Virus record (IMG/VR): IMGVR_UViG_3300020388_000011
Coordinates: 32,001-96,000 of that record
Source: a virus
Lineage: Duplodnaviria; Caudoviricetes
DNA length: 64,000 nt
Strand: one strand, 5' to 3'
The notes beneath the pieces were generated by a model. The model worked only from the letters and a program-made list of their open reading frames with translations, was not told the DNA's origin and searched no databases. A program made the translations under genes and the position numbers. Shown in pieces: positions 40,453 to 52,400 of the stretch; the stretch's first letter is position 1, and each line of letters starts with the position of its first letter.

Positions 40453-43428
40453 ATGGCTATTCAATTTCCAGCAAATCCAAACATTGGCGATCTGTTTACA
40501 GACGTTTCTACAAATATCACTTACTTTTGGAGTGGTAAATATTGGTCTGCCCAAGGTCCAGGAACTGGCATAGGAGCCACAGGCGCTACTGGTTCCGTTG
40601 GATCTACTGGATTTGGTGCAACAGGCGCTACTGGTTTTAAGGGACAAAAAGGAAAAACTGGTTCTACTGGGGTCACAGGACCGACAGGACCTAAAGGTTT
40701 TATTGGCTTAACAGGAGCTACTGGTCCTGATGGATCACCTGGTGGTGCCACTGGACCCCAAGGTCCTCTAGGTGCTACTGGAAGTACAGGTCCTTTAGGA
40801 AGTACAGGTCCTTTAGGTTCTACTGGTGCCACAGGTCCTCAAGGTTCTCCTGGTGGAGCTACTGGTGCTACTGGTATTGCTGGTCTTACGGGAAATCCTG
40901 GTGCTACTGGCAGTGAAGGTCCTTCTGGATCCCCTGGTGGTGCTACTGGTGCTACTGGTTTACAAGGTCCTCGTGGTGCGACTGGTTCTGGTGCCACGGG
41001 TATTACTGGTGCTACAGGCTCACTTGGTCCTGTTGGTCCTCAAGGTTCACCCGGTGGTGCTACTGGTAGTACTGGTCCTTTAGGTTCTACTGGTGTTGGT
41101 TCTACAGGGGCTACTGGAATTAAGGGCGACATTGGATCCACTGGAATAAATGGTCCACAAGGTGCTACTGGTATAAGTATTACTGGTGCTACTGGTCCTT
41201 TCGGTCCTGGTGGTCTTCCTGGTTCTACTGGTTTGACTGGAACTACAGGAGCCACTGGTGAACTTGGTCCTGTTGGAACAACTGGATCTACGGGTCCTCA
41301 AGGTGATCCTGGTGGTGCTACAGGAGCTACTGGTATTATTGGTACTACTGGAGCCACGGGTATAACTGGTTCTACTGGTGCTAATGGTGCTACTGGTCCT
41401 CAAGGTCAAGCGTCTCTAGTCCCAGGTCCTGATGGTTCAACTGGTTCTACTGGACCATTGGGTTCTACTGGTGCCACAGGAATTACTGGTGCCACTGGTA
41501 ATGATGGTCCTACAGGTCCTTTAGGTCCTAGAGGTTTCGTTGGTTCTACTGGTGCGACGGGTATAGTAGGTCCTTCTGGTGGTATTACGAACCAGTGGGA
41601 AACTAGCGTATCAGTTCTAACTGCTAACAACGCAGCTTTAATCGCAGATTCCACGGGCTCTAATCTAAAAATATTTAAAGTATCAAAATTTGATCAAAGC
41701 TTTAATGATCAAACGGCATTCTTAAGTGGATTGGTACGGGGTAATACGATCACACTAGCTTCTGGTACTGGATCTTATATCTTTGAAGTTAAGGTTAACG
41801 GTGGTCTCGTCAATTCTGCTGGTGTTGAATGTTTCACTATCCTAGTTGAGTCAACAGGGGGTAGTGGAGTTCTTGATGCGGGTACAATTACATTAACCAA
41901 GGCAGCAACTAACGCAACATTTGTATTCTCTACAGTAAATATTTCGTATCCTAGTGCTGATGGAGACCTAACTATTGACTATAACTTTGAGTTCAATGGA
42001 TATCCAAAGTATTTGGCATTCTCTCCAACTGATGTTTTGGGTGAAGATGTAACACAGTTCTTCTTTGATCCTTTGGCTAATAGTGGAGCCTTTACTGAAT
42101 TCTATTTCCAAGCACAAATTACGGGCTCAATAAACGATTTTAGGTTTAATGTAGCAGGTGGTCATTATTACGCAGACATTAACTCTTGGCTATATGTTGG
42201 TCAAGTAGATACTTTATACGAAGTCCCTGTAGGTAGTGCTGATAATATCGCACAAGTTTGGAATGTTCAGGTTGCTGGTATATCCAAAGGTGCTACTGGT
42301 GTTGCTGGTTCTCCTGGTGGTGCTACTGGTGCCACTGGTATTGCAGGTCCTGCAGGATCTCCTGGTGGTGCTACGGGTGCTACGGGTATTCCTGGTACTC
42401 CTGGTCTAGCAGGTCTGGCTGGAGCAACTGGACCTAGTGGTGCTGCTGGTCTTCCTGGTATTCAAGGTGATCCAGGCGGTGCCACAGGTGCTACTGGATT
42501 TACTGGTGCTGTTGGTGCTACTGGTATTGATGGAATAATTGGAACAACAGGTGCCACAGGTCCTCAAGGTTCCCCTGGTGGAGCTACTGGTGCTACTGGT
42601 CTCCAAGGTTCTACTGGTTTAGGTTCTACTGGTGCCACAGGTCCTCAAGGTTCCCCTGGTGGAGCTACAGGTCCCGCAGGTTTACAGGGAAATCCTGGTA
42701 CAAATGGTATTCCTGGTAATCCTGGTACAAATGGTACTGGTGGTTCTACAGGTGCTACTGGTCCTCAAGGTACATTTGGATCAACTGGTGCCACTGGATT
42801 GACTGGTCCTACAGGTCTTGGTGAGCTTGGTGGTACAGGTGCTACGGGGGCTACGGGTCTTCCTGGTGCTGGTGGAACACCTGGTTCTGCTGGAATTGAA
42901 GGTGCCACAGGTCTTCAGGGTAATCAAGGCATATCAGGATTACAAGGTGTTGAAGGATTGGTCGGCGCTACAGGTCCTGTGGGTCCACAGGGTCCCACAA
43001 GCGGTGGTACAGGTGCTACTGGCTCTATTGGTCCACGGGGTTCTACTGGCGATAAGGGCGAGCCTGGTCCTCCTGGTCCTTTCGGCGGTCCTGCTGGTCC
43101 TCCTGGTCCTCCTGGTCCTGGTGGCGGTCCTACAGGGGCTACTGGTGCTACAGGTGTTCCTGGTGCTACTGGTGTGCAGGGCGAGAAAGGGGATGGTGGT
43201 TCACTCGGCGCTCCTGGTCCTACTGGTGTTGAAGGTCCCAAGGGTGATGGTGGAGCTACTGGTCCACAAGGTATTCAGGGAGTCCAAGGAAATAATGGTG
43301 GATTGGGTGCTACTGGTGCCACTGGACCTGATGTAAGGGCAGTTGGTGTTAACGCAATCTTTACCACAGCAGATGGTAAAACTATAACTGTTACTGATGG
43401 AATTGTTACCAATGTAGTTGACGCTTAA
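40453..43428 (+). CDS. Collagen-like fibre protein A (991 aa)
   Basis: N-terminal FP.NP..GD.F....Y.W.G..W cap and two long G-X-Y tracts ([12 protein letters not shown]) around a globular insert. Late-type TAAATA at 40417-40422. Confidence 0.85.
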   Translation: MAIQFPANPNIGDLFTDVSTNITYFWSGKYWSAQGPGTGIGATGATGSVGSTGFGATGATGFKGQKGKTGSTGVTGPTGPKGFIGLTGATGPDGSPGGATGPQGPLGATGSTGPLGSTGPLGSTGATGPQGSPGGATGATGIAGLTGNPGATGSEGPSGSPGGATGATGLQGPRGATGSGATGITGATGSLGPVGPQGSPGGATGSTGPLGSTGVGSTGATGIKGDIGSTGINGPQGATGISITGATGPFGPGGLPGSTGLTGTTGATGELGPVGTTGSTGPQGDPGGATGATGIIGTTGATGITGSTGANGATGPQGQASLVPGPDGSTGSTGPLGSTGATGITGATGNDGPTGPLGPRGFVGSTGATGIVGPSGGITNQWETSVSVLTANNAALIADSTGSNLKIFKVSKFDQSFNDQTAFLSGLVRGNTITLASGTGSYIFEVKVNGGLVNSAGVECFTILVESTGGSGVLDAGTITLTKAATNATFVFSTVNISYPSADGDLTIDYNFEFNGYPKYLAFSPTDVLGEDVTQFFFDPLANSGAFTEFYFQAQITGSINDFRFNVAGGHYYADINSWLYVGQVDTLYEVPVGSADNIAQVWNVQVAGISKGATGVAGSPGGATGATGIAGPAGSPGGATGATGIPGTPGLAGLAGATGPSGAAGLPGIQGDPGGATGATGFTGAVGATGIDGIIGTTGATGPQGSPGGATGATGLQGSTGLGSTGATGPQGSPGGATGPAGLQGNPGTNGIPGNPGTNGTGGSTGATGPQGTFGSTGATGLTGPTGLGELGGTGATGATGLPGAGGTPGSAGIEGATGLQGNQGISGLQGVEGLVGATGPVGPQGPTSGGTGATGSIGPRGSTGDKGEPGPPGPFGGPAGPPGPPGPGGGPTGATGATGVPGATGVQGEKGDGGSLGAPGPTGVEGPKGDGGATGPQGIQGVQGNNGGLGATGATGPDVRAVGVNAIFTTADGKTITVTDGIVTNVVDA

Positions 43429-43443
43429 CTTACACCTCTTATC

Positions 43444-46400
43444 ATGACTTATATTAATAAAAAAGTACCAGCAAATGGATCTCTACGTGTTGTCCGAAAC
43501 GGTCAGTTAGAGTATGCGGGACTTCCATTAAAGAGTGACAAAAACCAAATAGTCACATTCGATGTAAAGAATGATGAATTTGAGTCTACTAACTTAAAAG
43601 ACTTATTGGCTTTAGGTGGGGGTGGTACTGGTACTGCTTTGACTGTGCGAGAATCGCAGGGCTTTGGTGGTACTATTGGTGAAAGTCTATCTAATATTAA
43701 TACAATAACGTTTGATGAAAATACTGGCTTTAATGTAGAAGATGCTGGTAATGGTGAAGCATTTATTAGATTGGGCTCAGCATTTGCTCCTTGGTTTGTT
43801 GCGGATCAAGGAACATTAATACCAGATGGTGAAGAAGCTATCACCTTTGTTGCTGGTGTTGGTATTGCTATATCAACAAAAACTACAAGAACTGGTATTG
43901 GTACTACATTATCTAAAGCAATTATCTTTACGAGTACTGGTGTTCCTGGTCCTCCTGGTCCTGGTGGTGGTGCCACTGGTCCGCAAGGTGCAACTGGTCT
44001 TCAAGGATCCACTGGAGCTAGTGGATTTACAGGTGCCACGGGTTCTACTGGTCCTACTGGTGCCACTGGATTACCCTCTATTATTCCTGGTCCTCCTGGT
44101 CCTGGTGGTCAACAGGGCGCTACTGGTCCCACCGGTCCCCAAGGTTCTACTGGCGTACCAGGCGCTACAGGACCTAGAGGATTTATTGGTGCTAGTGGTG
44201 CCACAGGTCCTCAAGGTAGTACTGGTGTTCAAGGTGCTACTGGTACTACTGGTCCCCAAGGAACTACTGGAGCCACTGGATTTTTTGGTTCAACAGGTGC
44301 TACTGGTCTTAGTGTAATTGGATCTACTGGTGCCACGGGTCCCCAAGGTTCTACAGGCTCAACTGGTGCTACTGGAGTTTTTGGTTCTACAGGGGCTACT
44401 GGTACTGCTGGTCCCACTGGTGCTACAGGGGTAGGTCTTACTGGTGCTACAGGACCTACTGGGTCTACTGGAATTCAAGGCGCAACTGGTCCCCAAGGAA
44501 CTACTGGAGCAACTGGAATTGGCGCTACAGGTGCTACAGGTCCTACCGGTTCTACTGGTGCAACTGGTCCCCAAGGTACAACTGGAGCCACTGGATTTGG
44601 AGCAACAGGACCTACTGGGTCTACTGGGATTCAAGGCGCTACTGGTCCCAGAGGCACTACTGGTGCTACTGGGTCAGGTGGAACAGGTGCTACAGGATCT
44701 ACTGGAATTGACGGCGCTACTGGTCCCCAAGGAACTACTGGAGCTACGGGATTTGGTGCCACAGGACCTACAGGATCTACTGGAATTGAAGGTGCCACGG
44801 GTCCCCAAGGAACTACTGGAGCCACTGGGTTTGGAGCAACAGGACCTACTGGGTCTACGGGAATTCAAGGCGCAACTGGTCCCCGAGGAACTACAGGAGC
44901 AACTGGAATTGGTGCTACTGGGTCTACGGGAATTCGTGGCGCCACAGGATCCACTGGTCTTCAAGGTACCACTGGAGCCACTGGAATTGGTGCTACTGGG
45001 GCTACTGGAATTAGGGGTGCTACGGGAGAGGGTGGATCTTCAGGTGCAACTGGCGTCACAGGAGCAACTGGTGTAGGTGCTACGGGTGCTACTGGTCTTG
45101 CAGGTGCTACAGGTCTCGCAGGTTCTACTGGTCCATTGGGCTCTACTGGAGCTACTGGTGCCCCTGGAACTGGGGGATCTACTGGAATTGGAGGGGCTAC
45201 GGGTGCTACCGGATTTGGTGCTACTGGCGCTACAGGTATATCTGGATCTACGGGAGCGACTGGTTCTCTAGGTTCTACTGGAGCTACTGGTTCTTTGGGT
45301 GCTACTGGTACTCAAGGTGCTACTGGATTGTTGGGTTCTACTGGAGCTACTGGTCCATTGGGTGCTACAGGTGCTACAGGATTAGGTGCTACAGGTCTAA
45401 TAGGAGCTACTGGTCCGTTGGGTGCTACAGGTGCTACAGGATTAGGTGCTACAGGTCTCAGAGGATCTACTGGTCCTACTGGAGCTACTGGTTCTTTTGG
45501 TGCTACAGGTCTTGAGGGTCCTCTGGGATCTACTGGAGCAACAGGATTAGGTGCAACTGGTATTCGGGGTGCTACGGGTCCACTAGGCTCTACAGGTGCT
45601 ACGGGCGCTCCAGGAACAAGTATCAATGTAAAGGGAACAGTACCAACCTTTGCTGATCTACCAACAGTTGGTAATCAGGTAAATGATTTATATTTGGTTG
45701 CTGATGAGGGGGGTGAAGGTTATGTTTGGGATGGTACAGCATGGAATGCTGTTGGTAAAATTCAAGGTCCCACTGGTCCTCAAGGGGCTACTGGCGCAGG
45801 TGCTACAGGTGCTACAGGTCCATTAGGTGCTACAGGTGCTACTGGTCCACTGGGTTCTACAGGTGCAACTGGTGTATTTGATAATACTAGTGATATCACT
45901 ACTACTGGTAATATTGAAGCCTCAATTATTACAGCAACTGTAAAATTTATAGGTGATTTTGATGGTAATGCGTCAAGCGCAGATCAAGCAGACTTATCCC
46001 TTGAATCACAAGTATCAACAGCAGGTGGAACTGATGATGACCATAGAGTTATAATTGTTGATGGTGTTAATGGACCACTCCCACTAGAAAGTGATAATGG
46101 ATTATTTTACAGACCATTGTCAAATACCTTATTTGCTGGTAGATTTATTGGTGAAGGTGTTATTTCCTCTTTTGCTGACGATACTAGTGGCACCCAAGCT
46201 ATATCTAATAGCACAACTTGGATCAATTCAACGTTGTCAGTTTCTATCACAAAGCAATTATCAACTAGTTCTATCCTTGTTCTTGTAAGTCAATCATATT
46301 TGGCTAGTTCTGCGGTTGGGGGGATCAGAATACAGAGGGGAGCCACTACAATTTTGAGTGCTGATGCTGATATTGGAGTATTAAGTGTCACTACTGGTAC

Positions 46401-46575
46401 ACCATTGACTACCACATCTCTATTGAATAGGTGGTCTGCTTCCTACTTGGATTCAACTACATCTACTGGAAATATTACATATTCTACGCAGTTTAGGAGA
46501 AGCTCTGGTAGTGGTTTCTTTGCGACTCAACCATCGGGTAATGTTAGTACTATCCAAGTATTTGAGATTGGCTGA
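43444..46575 (+). CDS. Collagen-like fibre protein B (1043 aa)
   Basis: About 560 aa G-X-Y tract dominated by GAT/GST/GTT/GPT, a YVWDGTAW module and a C-terminal beta-sandwich. Confidence 0.85.
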   Translation: MTYINKKVPANGSLRVVRNGQLEYAGLPLKSDKNQIVTFDVKNDEFESTNLKDLLALGGGGTGTALTVRESQGFGGTIGESLSNINTITFDENTGFNVEDAGNGEAFIRLGSAFAPWFVADQGTLIPDGEEAITFVAGVGIAISTKTTRTGIGTTLSKAIIFTSTGVPGPPGPGGGATGPQGATGLQGSTGASGFTGATGSTGPTGATGLPSIIPGPPGPGGQQGATGPTGPQGSTGVPGATGPRGFIGASGATGPQGSTGVQGATGTTGPQGTTGATGFFGSTGATGLSVIGSTGATGPQGSTGSTGATGVFGSTGATGTAGPTGATGVGLTGATGPTGSTGIQGATGPQGTTGATGIGATGATGPTGSTGATGPQGTTGATGFGATGPTGSTGIQGATGPRGTTGATGSGGTGATGSTGIDGATGPQGTTGATGFGATGPTGSTGIEGATGPQGTTGATGFGATGPTGSTGIQGATGPRGTTGATGIGATGSTGIRGATGSTGLQGTTGATGIGATGATGIRGATGEGGSSGATGVTGATGVGATGATGLAGATGLAGSTGPLGSTGATGAPGTGGSTGIGGATGATGFGATGATGISGSTGATGSLGSTGATGSLGATGTQGATGLLGSTGATGPLGATGATGLGATGLIGATGPLGATGATGLGATGLRGSTGPTGATGSFGATGLEGPLGSTGATGLGATGIRGATGPLGSTGATGAPGTSINVKGTVPTFADLPTVGNQVNDLYLVADEGGEGYVWDGTAWNAVGKIQGPTGPQGATGAGATGATGPLGATGATGPLGSTGATGVFDNTSDITTTGNIEASIITATVKFIGDFDGNASSADQADLSLESQVSTAGGTDDDHRVIIVDGVNGPLPLESDNGLFYRPLSNTLFAGRFIGEGVISSFADDTSGTQAISNSTTWINSTLSVSITKQLSTSSILVLVSQSYLASSAVGGIRIQRGATTILSADADIGVLSVTTGTPLTTTSLLNRWSASYLDSTTSTGNITYSTQFRRSSGSGFFATQPSGNVSTIQVFEIG

Positions 46576-46580
46576 TCCTA

Positions 46581-46589
46581 TGGTATAAT
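46581..46589 (+). promoter_or_regulatory. Extended -10 promoter for the modification-enzyme operon, inside an inverted repeat
   Basis: TGGTATAAT flanked by ATCCTATG (46575-46582) and CATAGGAT (46591-46598). Confidence 0.6.
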
Positions 46590-46614
46590 ACATAGGATAC
46601 ACTCAATATACATT

Positions 46615-47688
46615 ATGAGATTTCATATTCTAGGTTTGCCTCATACGGTGTCTAGTAAGGAATATGTTGCTTGTGCTTATACCCAAAAGGTAGTGAAGTT
46701 CGGCAAGATGATGAAAGAACGTGGTCACGAGATCATTCACTACGGTCACGAAGATAGTGATCTAGTATGTGATGAGCACGTTACCGTGACTACCAATGCC
46801 GACCTAGAGAAAGCATATGGATCCTATGACTGGAGAAAGAACTTCTTTAAGTTCAATACGGGTGATTACGCATACCAAACATTCTATAAGAATGCCATTG
46901 AAGAAGTTGGAAAGAGGAAACAACAACATGATTTCATTTTACCTTTTTGGGGATCAGGTACTCGCCCTATTTGTGATGCTCATCCTGACCTTATCACTGT
47001 AGAACCTGGTATTGGCTACGCAGGAGGTCATTGGGCTAACTGGAAGATCTTTGAGAGCTATGCTATTATGCATGCCTATCAAGGCTTGGCGGCTGTTGGC
47101 ACTTGTCAGCAAAGCTGGTATGATGTAGTCATTCCAAACTATTTCGATTTAGAGGACTTTGAGTATGCGCCAGAGAATAAAGAGGATTATTTTCTATTTT
47201 TGGGTCGTGTATATTCGGGTAAGGGTATTGACATTGCCGTCCAAGTAACTGAGAAGATTGGAGCCAAGCTAGTAGTAGCTGGTCAGAACCCAGAGAACAG
47301 AACATTCCCAGACCACGTTGAGTTTGTTGGCTATGCTGACGTAGAGACTCGTAAGCGCCTTATGAGCCGCGCTAAGGCGTCTTTTGTAGCTTCCACATAC
47401 TTGGAGCCATTTGGTGGCGTACAGGTGGAGAACTTGCTCTCAGGCACCCCTACGATCACTACTGACTGGGGTGCATTCGTTGAGAACAACCCACATGGAG
47501 TAACGGGATTCCGTTGCCGCACATTCGCTGATTTTGTAGATGCCGCTAAAAACATTGATAGCATTGATCCTAGCGTATGCCGTTCTTTTGGTGAACAGTT
47601 CTCATTAGAAAATGTAGCACCACGATATGAGAAGTTCTTCCAGGATGTTCTCAATGTATATACTGGGGAAGGTTGGTATAAACTATGA
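46615..47688 (+). CDS. GT-B (GT4-like) glycosyltransferase
   Basis: FLFLGRV..GKG, VEFVG and [20 protein letters not shown] (EX7E) motifs. Confidence 0.9.
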   Translation: MRFHILGLPHTVSSKEYVACAYTQKVVKFGKMMKERGHEIIHYGHEDSDLVCDEHVTVTTNADLEKAYGSYDWRKNFFKFNTGDYAYQTFYKNAIEEVGKRKQQHDFILPFWGSGTRPICDAHPDLITVEPGIGYAGGHWANWKIFESYAIMHAYQGLAAVGTCQQSWYDVVIPNYFDLEDFEYAPENKEDYFLFLGRVYSGKGIDIAVQVTEKIGAKLVVAGQNPENRTFPDHVEFVGYADVETRKRLMSRAKASFVASTYLEPFGGVQVENLLSGTPTITTDWGAFVENNPHGVTGFRCRTFADFVDAAKNIDSIDPSVCRSFGEQFSLENVAPRYEKFFQDVLNVYTGEGWYKL

Positions 47689-48587
47689 AGAGAATAGCAT
47701 TCTTTACATATAGTGAATGGGCTTTCGGGTCTATTCATAAGGCTTTAATAAAAGAACTTTATAAAAAAGGTATTGATGCAAATATTATTGATTGGAATAT
47801 TACATACAGCAGAGAAGAGTTTGATGCTTTTATGGATATCTATGATGTATTTGTTACAGTACCAGGAAACGCAGTAACTGCTCTACGATCCTATGGAGTT
47901 CCTTATAGTAGTATCATTGCTATTGCCCACGGTAGATATGATATACAATTTGGTTTAGCGGAAGGTAATGAGTTTGATGCCTTCCGTGCTTATGGTGGAG
48001 TTAGTTTAGATTTAGGAGAATATTCATATAACCTTGGTATTACTAAGGACTTCTATGTGGTTCGTAATGGTATTAACTTTGATGAGTTCTACCGCCCAGT
48101 AGCAGAACAGCTAAATGTTATTGGGTATTCGGGTGCTATTGAAAAAGATAATCCCCACTCTGATATTAAGGACTGGAAGCGTGGTTATCTAGTCAAAGAA
48201 ATCGCATCTAGAACCAATACAAAGATACTTCTACCGTCACAAAGAAGTCATCTAGCAATGTCTGCTTACTATAAAGATGTAGATTGCCTTATGGTATCTT
48301 CCACAGAACAAGAATCTTGTGGTCTTCCTTTGTTAGAAGCAGCCGCAGCAGGTAGGTTACCTATATCAACTCTCACTGGTATCAATAGAGATTTTGAAGT
48401 TCCTACTGGCGTTATATTGCCTATGGAAGAAGATCGCTATATATTTTCTGGCATGAATGCCATCAATACACTTAAAGAAAATCCCAGCTTTTTTAAACAG
48501 CTATGTACAAATGCCCAAGATTTTGCTAGAATACATTACGATTGGTCAGTTGTTATAGACGGCTGGATTACCTTACTTACTTTATAA
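47685..48587 (+). CDS. GT-B glycosyltransferase
   Basis: V.NGI, KRG and [12 protein letters not shown]...[14 protein letters not shown] (EX7E) motifs. ATGA overlap with the previous gene. Confidence 0.85.
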   Translation: MKRIAFFTYSEWAFGSIHKALIKELYKKGIDANIIDWNITYSREEFDAFMDIYDVFVTVPGNAVTALRSYGVPYSSIIAIAHGRYDIQFGLAEGNEFDAFRAYGGVSLDLGEYSYNLGITKDFYVVRNGINFDEFYRPVAEQLNVIGYSGAIEKDNPHSDIKDWKRGYLVKEIASRTNTKILLPSQRSHLAMSAYYKDVDCLMVSSTEQESCGLPLLEAAAAGRLPISTLTGINRDFEVPTGVILPMEEDRYIFSGMNAINTLKENPSFFKQLCTNAQDFARIHYDWSVVIDGWITLLTL

Positions 48588-48591
48588 TATT

Positions 48592-49188
48592 ATGCTTACC
48601 GACTTAATACAAATTGTAGACTGCCTTACTCCCGAAGAGACTAAAAGGTGTCTTGAACTATTAGAAAATGAAGAATGGTCACCTACTACCGTATTTGGTA
48701 TGAGTGGTAGCGAGGTAAATCCTGGTATTCGCCTTAATGATAGAGTGTGCTTAAATGATGCATCAGAATGTGCTAATATTATGCATGAGGGTATGAATGC
48801 CGCTCTATTAAAATATAAAGATACTGTGGCTGGAATTAACCAAGAGTTTCAAAAGTTTCCTATCCCAGGTACATTTAGAACAAATTGTTTCCGAGAATCT
48901 ATTCAGGTTCTCCGATATACTGAAGGTCAGTATTACAAGTGGCATACTGATGAGGCTACTGATAAGACCCTTAATGAAGTCAATAGAACCATCTCTATGG
49001 TTTTATATCTAACAGACGATTTTGAGGGTGGAAGAACTCACTTTATCCACCGTTACTATAAGCCAAAAGCTGGTCAGGTATTAGTATTCCCATCTAACTG
49101 GTGTTTCCCACATGAATGCGAAGTAATCACCAAAGGAACTAAAATCGCAGCAGTTACTTGGTATCACTCACATTATAATTTTGACTAA
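48592..49188 (+). CDS. 2OG-Fe(II) oxygenase, prolyl-4-hydroxylase-like
   Basis: QVLRY..GQ.YKWHTD (HxD), LYL.DDFEGG.T.F, P.AG..LVFP, distal His (FPHE) and GTK with the 2OG-binding Lys as in P4H. Confidence 0.88.
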   Translation: MLTDLIQIVDCLTPEETKRCLELLENEEWSPTTVFGMSGSEVNPGIRLNDRVCLNDASECANIMHEGMNAALLKYKDTVAGINQEFQKFPIPGTFRTNCFRESIQVLRYTEGQYYKWHTDEATDKTLNEVNRTISMVLYLTDDFEGGRTHFIHRYYKPKAGQVLVFPSNWCFPHECEVITKGTKIAAVTWYHSHYNFD

Positions 49189-49379
49189 TGAGTAAAACTA
49201 CACCACAGACAGTCCATGAAGCACATCTAGCATCATTTAGTGGAAAATTAAATATGGTAGCTGCCGCAGCACATTGTGGTCTAACATTGAGGGAGTTTAA
49301 GATGACCTTTAGAGAGTTTCTTAAATATAATCCAGTCTCATATACAACAGAAACAGCTACTCAGCTTAAATTATTTTAA
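49188..49379 (+). CDS. Small hypothetical protein (possible HTH)
   Basis: 63 aa with LNMVAAAAHCGLTLREFK; TAATG-coupled to the oxygenase. Confidence 0.55.
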   Translation: MSKTTPQTVHEAHLASFSGKLNMVAAAAHCGLTLREFKMTFREFLKYNPVSYTTETATQLKLF

Positions 49380-49426
49380 GTGGCTAAATAAGGTACGAAT
49401 ACATTATTTGTTATTGGTTGATTATT

Positions 49427-52400
49427 ATGCCCTTAAACAAGTTAGAAAACTTTATTAAGAATACTGATGGTCGCACCATATATGTCAACCCGAATGACAT
49501 CAATGCGACTGACGCTATTTCAAATCAAGGAACATCCTTAACAGAACCTTTTCGTACTGTACAACGAGCTTTAATTGAATCCGCTAGATTTTCGTATGTT
49601 CGTGGAAATGACAACGATCTTATTGAGAAGACTACCATTGTTCTTTATCCTGGAAATCATACTATTGATAATAGACCAGGATACGGAATCAAGACTAATA
49701 ATATTGGGGCTGCTGTAGCTGTTTCTCCAACTGGTGAGGAAGTCGCTCCTGCCACAGTATTTAACTTAAAAAGCGATACTAACTTTGACATTGAGTCAAC
49801 TAATAATATTCTATGGCATTTTAATTCAATCTATGGTGGTGTTGTAGTACCTCGTGGCACATCTATCGTAGGTATGGATCTACGTAAGACAAAGATTCGC
49901 CCCAAGTATGTACCAAATCCAACCGACCCATCAGTGGATGGATCAGCCATTTTCCGCATAACTGGATCATGTTACTTCTGGCAGTTTACTATTTTTGATG
50001 GACCCGAGAATGGTCTTGTATATACTGACCCCAAAGACTTTTCGTTAAATAATCAGTCACGCCCATCATTCTCTCACCACAAACTAACAGGCTTTGAATA
50101 TGCTGATGGTGTCAACCCAATTGAACGTTTTGGTGAATTAACTGATCTACAGATGTATTATGATAAGCTATCAAATGCTTATAATGAAGCATCTGGTCGT
50201 AATATTGATGAGAAATTCCCACAAGATCCAGAGGGATTCGCGCCAATGCTTCCCGAGTATCAGATTGTGGGTGCATTTGCTACTGATCCTATTCGTATTG
50301 CTTCACTAATTTCCGGTGATGGATTTACTCCCGATTCTGTTATTACAGTAGAGACTGTGATTCCTCATGGATTGTCAACTGGAACTCCAATTAAAATTCG
50401 TGGGGTTGCTGTATCTGATTATAATATCTCAACTAAAGTTGCGGTTATTATTAGCCCCACTAGTTTTACATATCCTCTTGCATTCGTAAGACCTGAACTC
50501 CCAGCACGTCCATCAGTATCCTCTGCAACTGTAACCGTTGAGACTGATACTGTTACTGGTGCATCTCCCTACATTTTTAACGTATCGATGAGATCCGTTT
50601 GGGGGATTAATGGGATGCTGGCTGATGGTGCCAAAGCGACCGGATTCCGTAGCATGGTCGTTGCGCAGTTCACCGCGATCAGCCTTCAAAAAGATGACCG
50701 TGCGTTTGTTAAGTATAACGATCAGTCACGTAGATATAATGGTATTAATGTTAGTACAACTGTTCGTGGCGCTGAACTGTCAGCGGAATCTTCATCAACA
50801 AATAGTGCTACTGTTTATCACTTGGATCCTAGGGCAGTTTATCGCCCAGAATGGGAGACTACTCACATTAAAATGAGCAACGACGCTGTTATTCAGATCG
50901 TTTCTGTGTTTGCTATTGGCTTTAATCAACATTTTGCTGCTGTTAATGGTGCGGACGCATCCATTACCAACTCAAACTCCAACTTTGGACAATTTGCTCT
51001 TCTATCCATTGGATTTAAGAATGATGCATTTGCAAAAGATGATACTGGATTTGTTACACAAGTCATTACACCCAAAACCGCATATAATCCATCAGAAGAT
51101 GAAATTTCTCGTATTGGTTGGGTTAATATTGACTTTGATATAACACGTACTCAAGCTATTCCCGCTCAACTATATCTACTCGGATATACTAATAAAGAGG
51201 ATAGACCTCCTTTCATTAATCAGGGCTTCCGTTTAGGTGCAAATAACGAAGAAGTTTTATATCAGGAGACCGCAGCCTCTGGAGACAAGCAAGCAAGCAT
51301 CTTCATGGTAGATAATCTTATTAGTGGTGCTAATAGGGCAGCTTTTGGAACTAATATTGCTGTTAAATCTTATCCGGTATTGGCTGGTCCAGGTCAAGGA
51401 CCCACATCAGGTTCAACATTGACCCTACCACCACATGGATTATTGAATGGGGAGACTATTAGAGTATTTTCAGCTAATGCTGATCTACCAGAAAATATGG
51501 AAGAAGGTCAGCTATATTATGCTAACGTTGTTGACACTGAAAATATTAGAATCTCAACATCAGAGTCAAACGCACTAAATGATATCTTCCTAGAAATATT
51601 TGGTGGTACAGAACTACGTGTTGAGTCTCGTGTAAATGATAAGTCTGCGGGTGAGCCAGGTCACCCAATGCAGTTTGATGACATTGTAGGTAATTGGTTT
51701 GTTCATACTAATAGCAACAGTGAGTTGTATCAATACATTATCTTAAATCCAACTTCACAAGAAGGATTTGACTTTGTTTCATACTATCTTAGAGCAAGTG
51801 ACAATAGAAGTCTAGATGATAAATTGTATCGTTTGCGTTATGTTATTCCCAAAGAAACTTCTAATGCCAAGCCACCAACTCCTGGATATGTTATTCAGTC
51901 ATCATCAACTACTGGAGCTAGAAATAATGATGATTTTGATTTAACAACTCTAACGTTTAGGGATTATGAGTATGATAGAAATCCAAGATATATTGTAGAT
52001 TGTAATTATATTCCCATTACAGCAGAAATTGAGGTTAGGAGTCAAATTCCACACCAACTATCTGTTGGGGATAAAATTAATACGCTAAATATTACATCTA
52101 CAAAAAATCCAGACGCAGTAGATGGTAGAGGTTATGACGGAGAGTTCCTCGTAACTCGTGTTGATAATGCGAGGGTATTTAGATATTCTTCTACGGACAT
52201 TAAGGGATTCACTAGGGATTTGATTGGTGACTTATTTACCAATGATACAAACGATAGAAATATTCTATTGCCCCGTTTCCAACGTAAAGATAATCAGACT
52301 GATGTATTCGTATATCGTATTGAGGAGATTGTTGCATTCACTGAAGGTGTTCGTGATGGCATCTATCACTTGTTCTGCGTTAATGGTTCTAACGCTGTAA

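Noticed and set aside
40521-45626. Many alternate-frame ORFs (PVAP and LVLL repeats) in the collagen genes
   Set aside because: They are frame and strand artefacts of GGT-GCT-ACT repeats.
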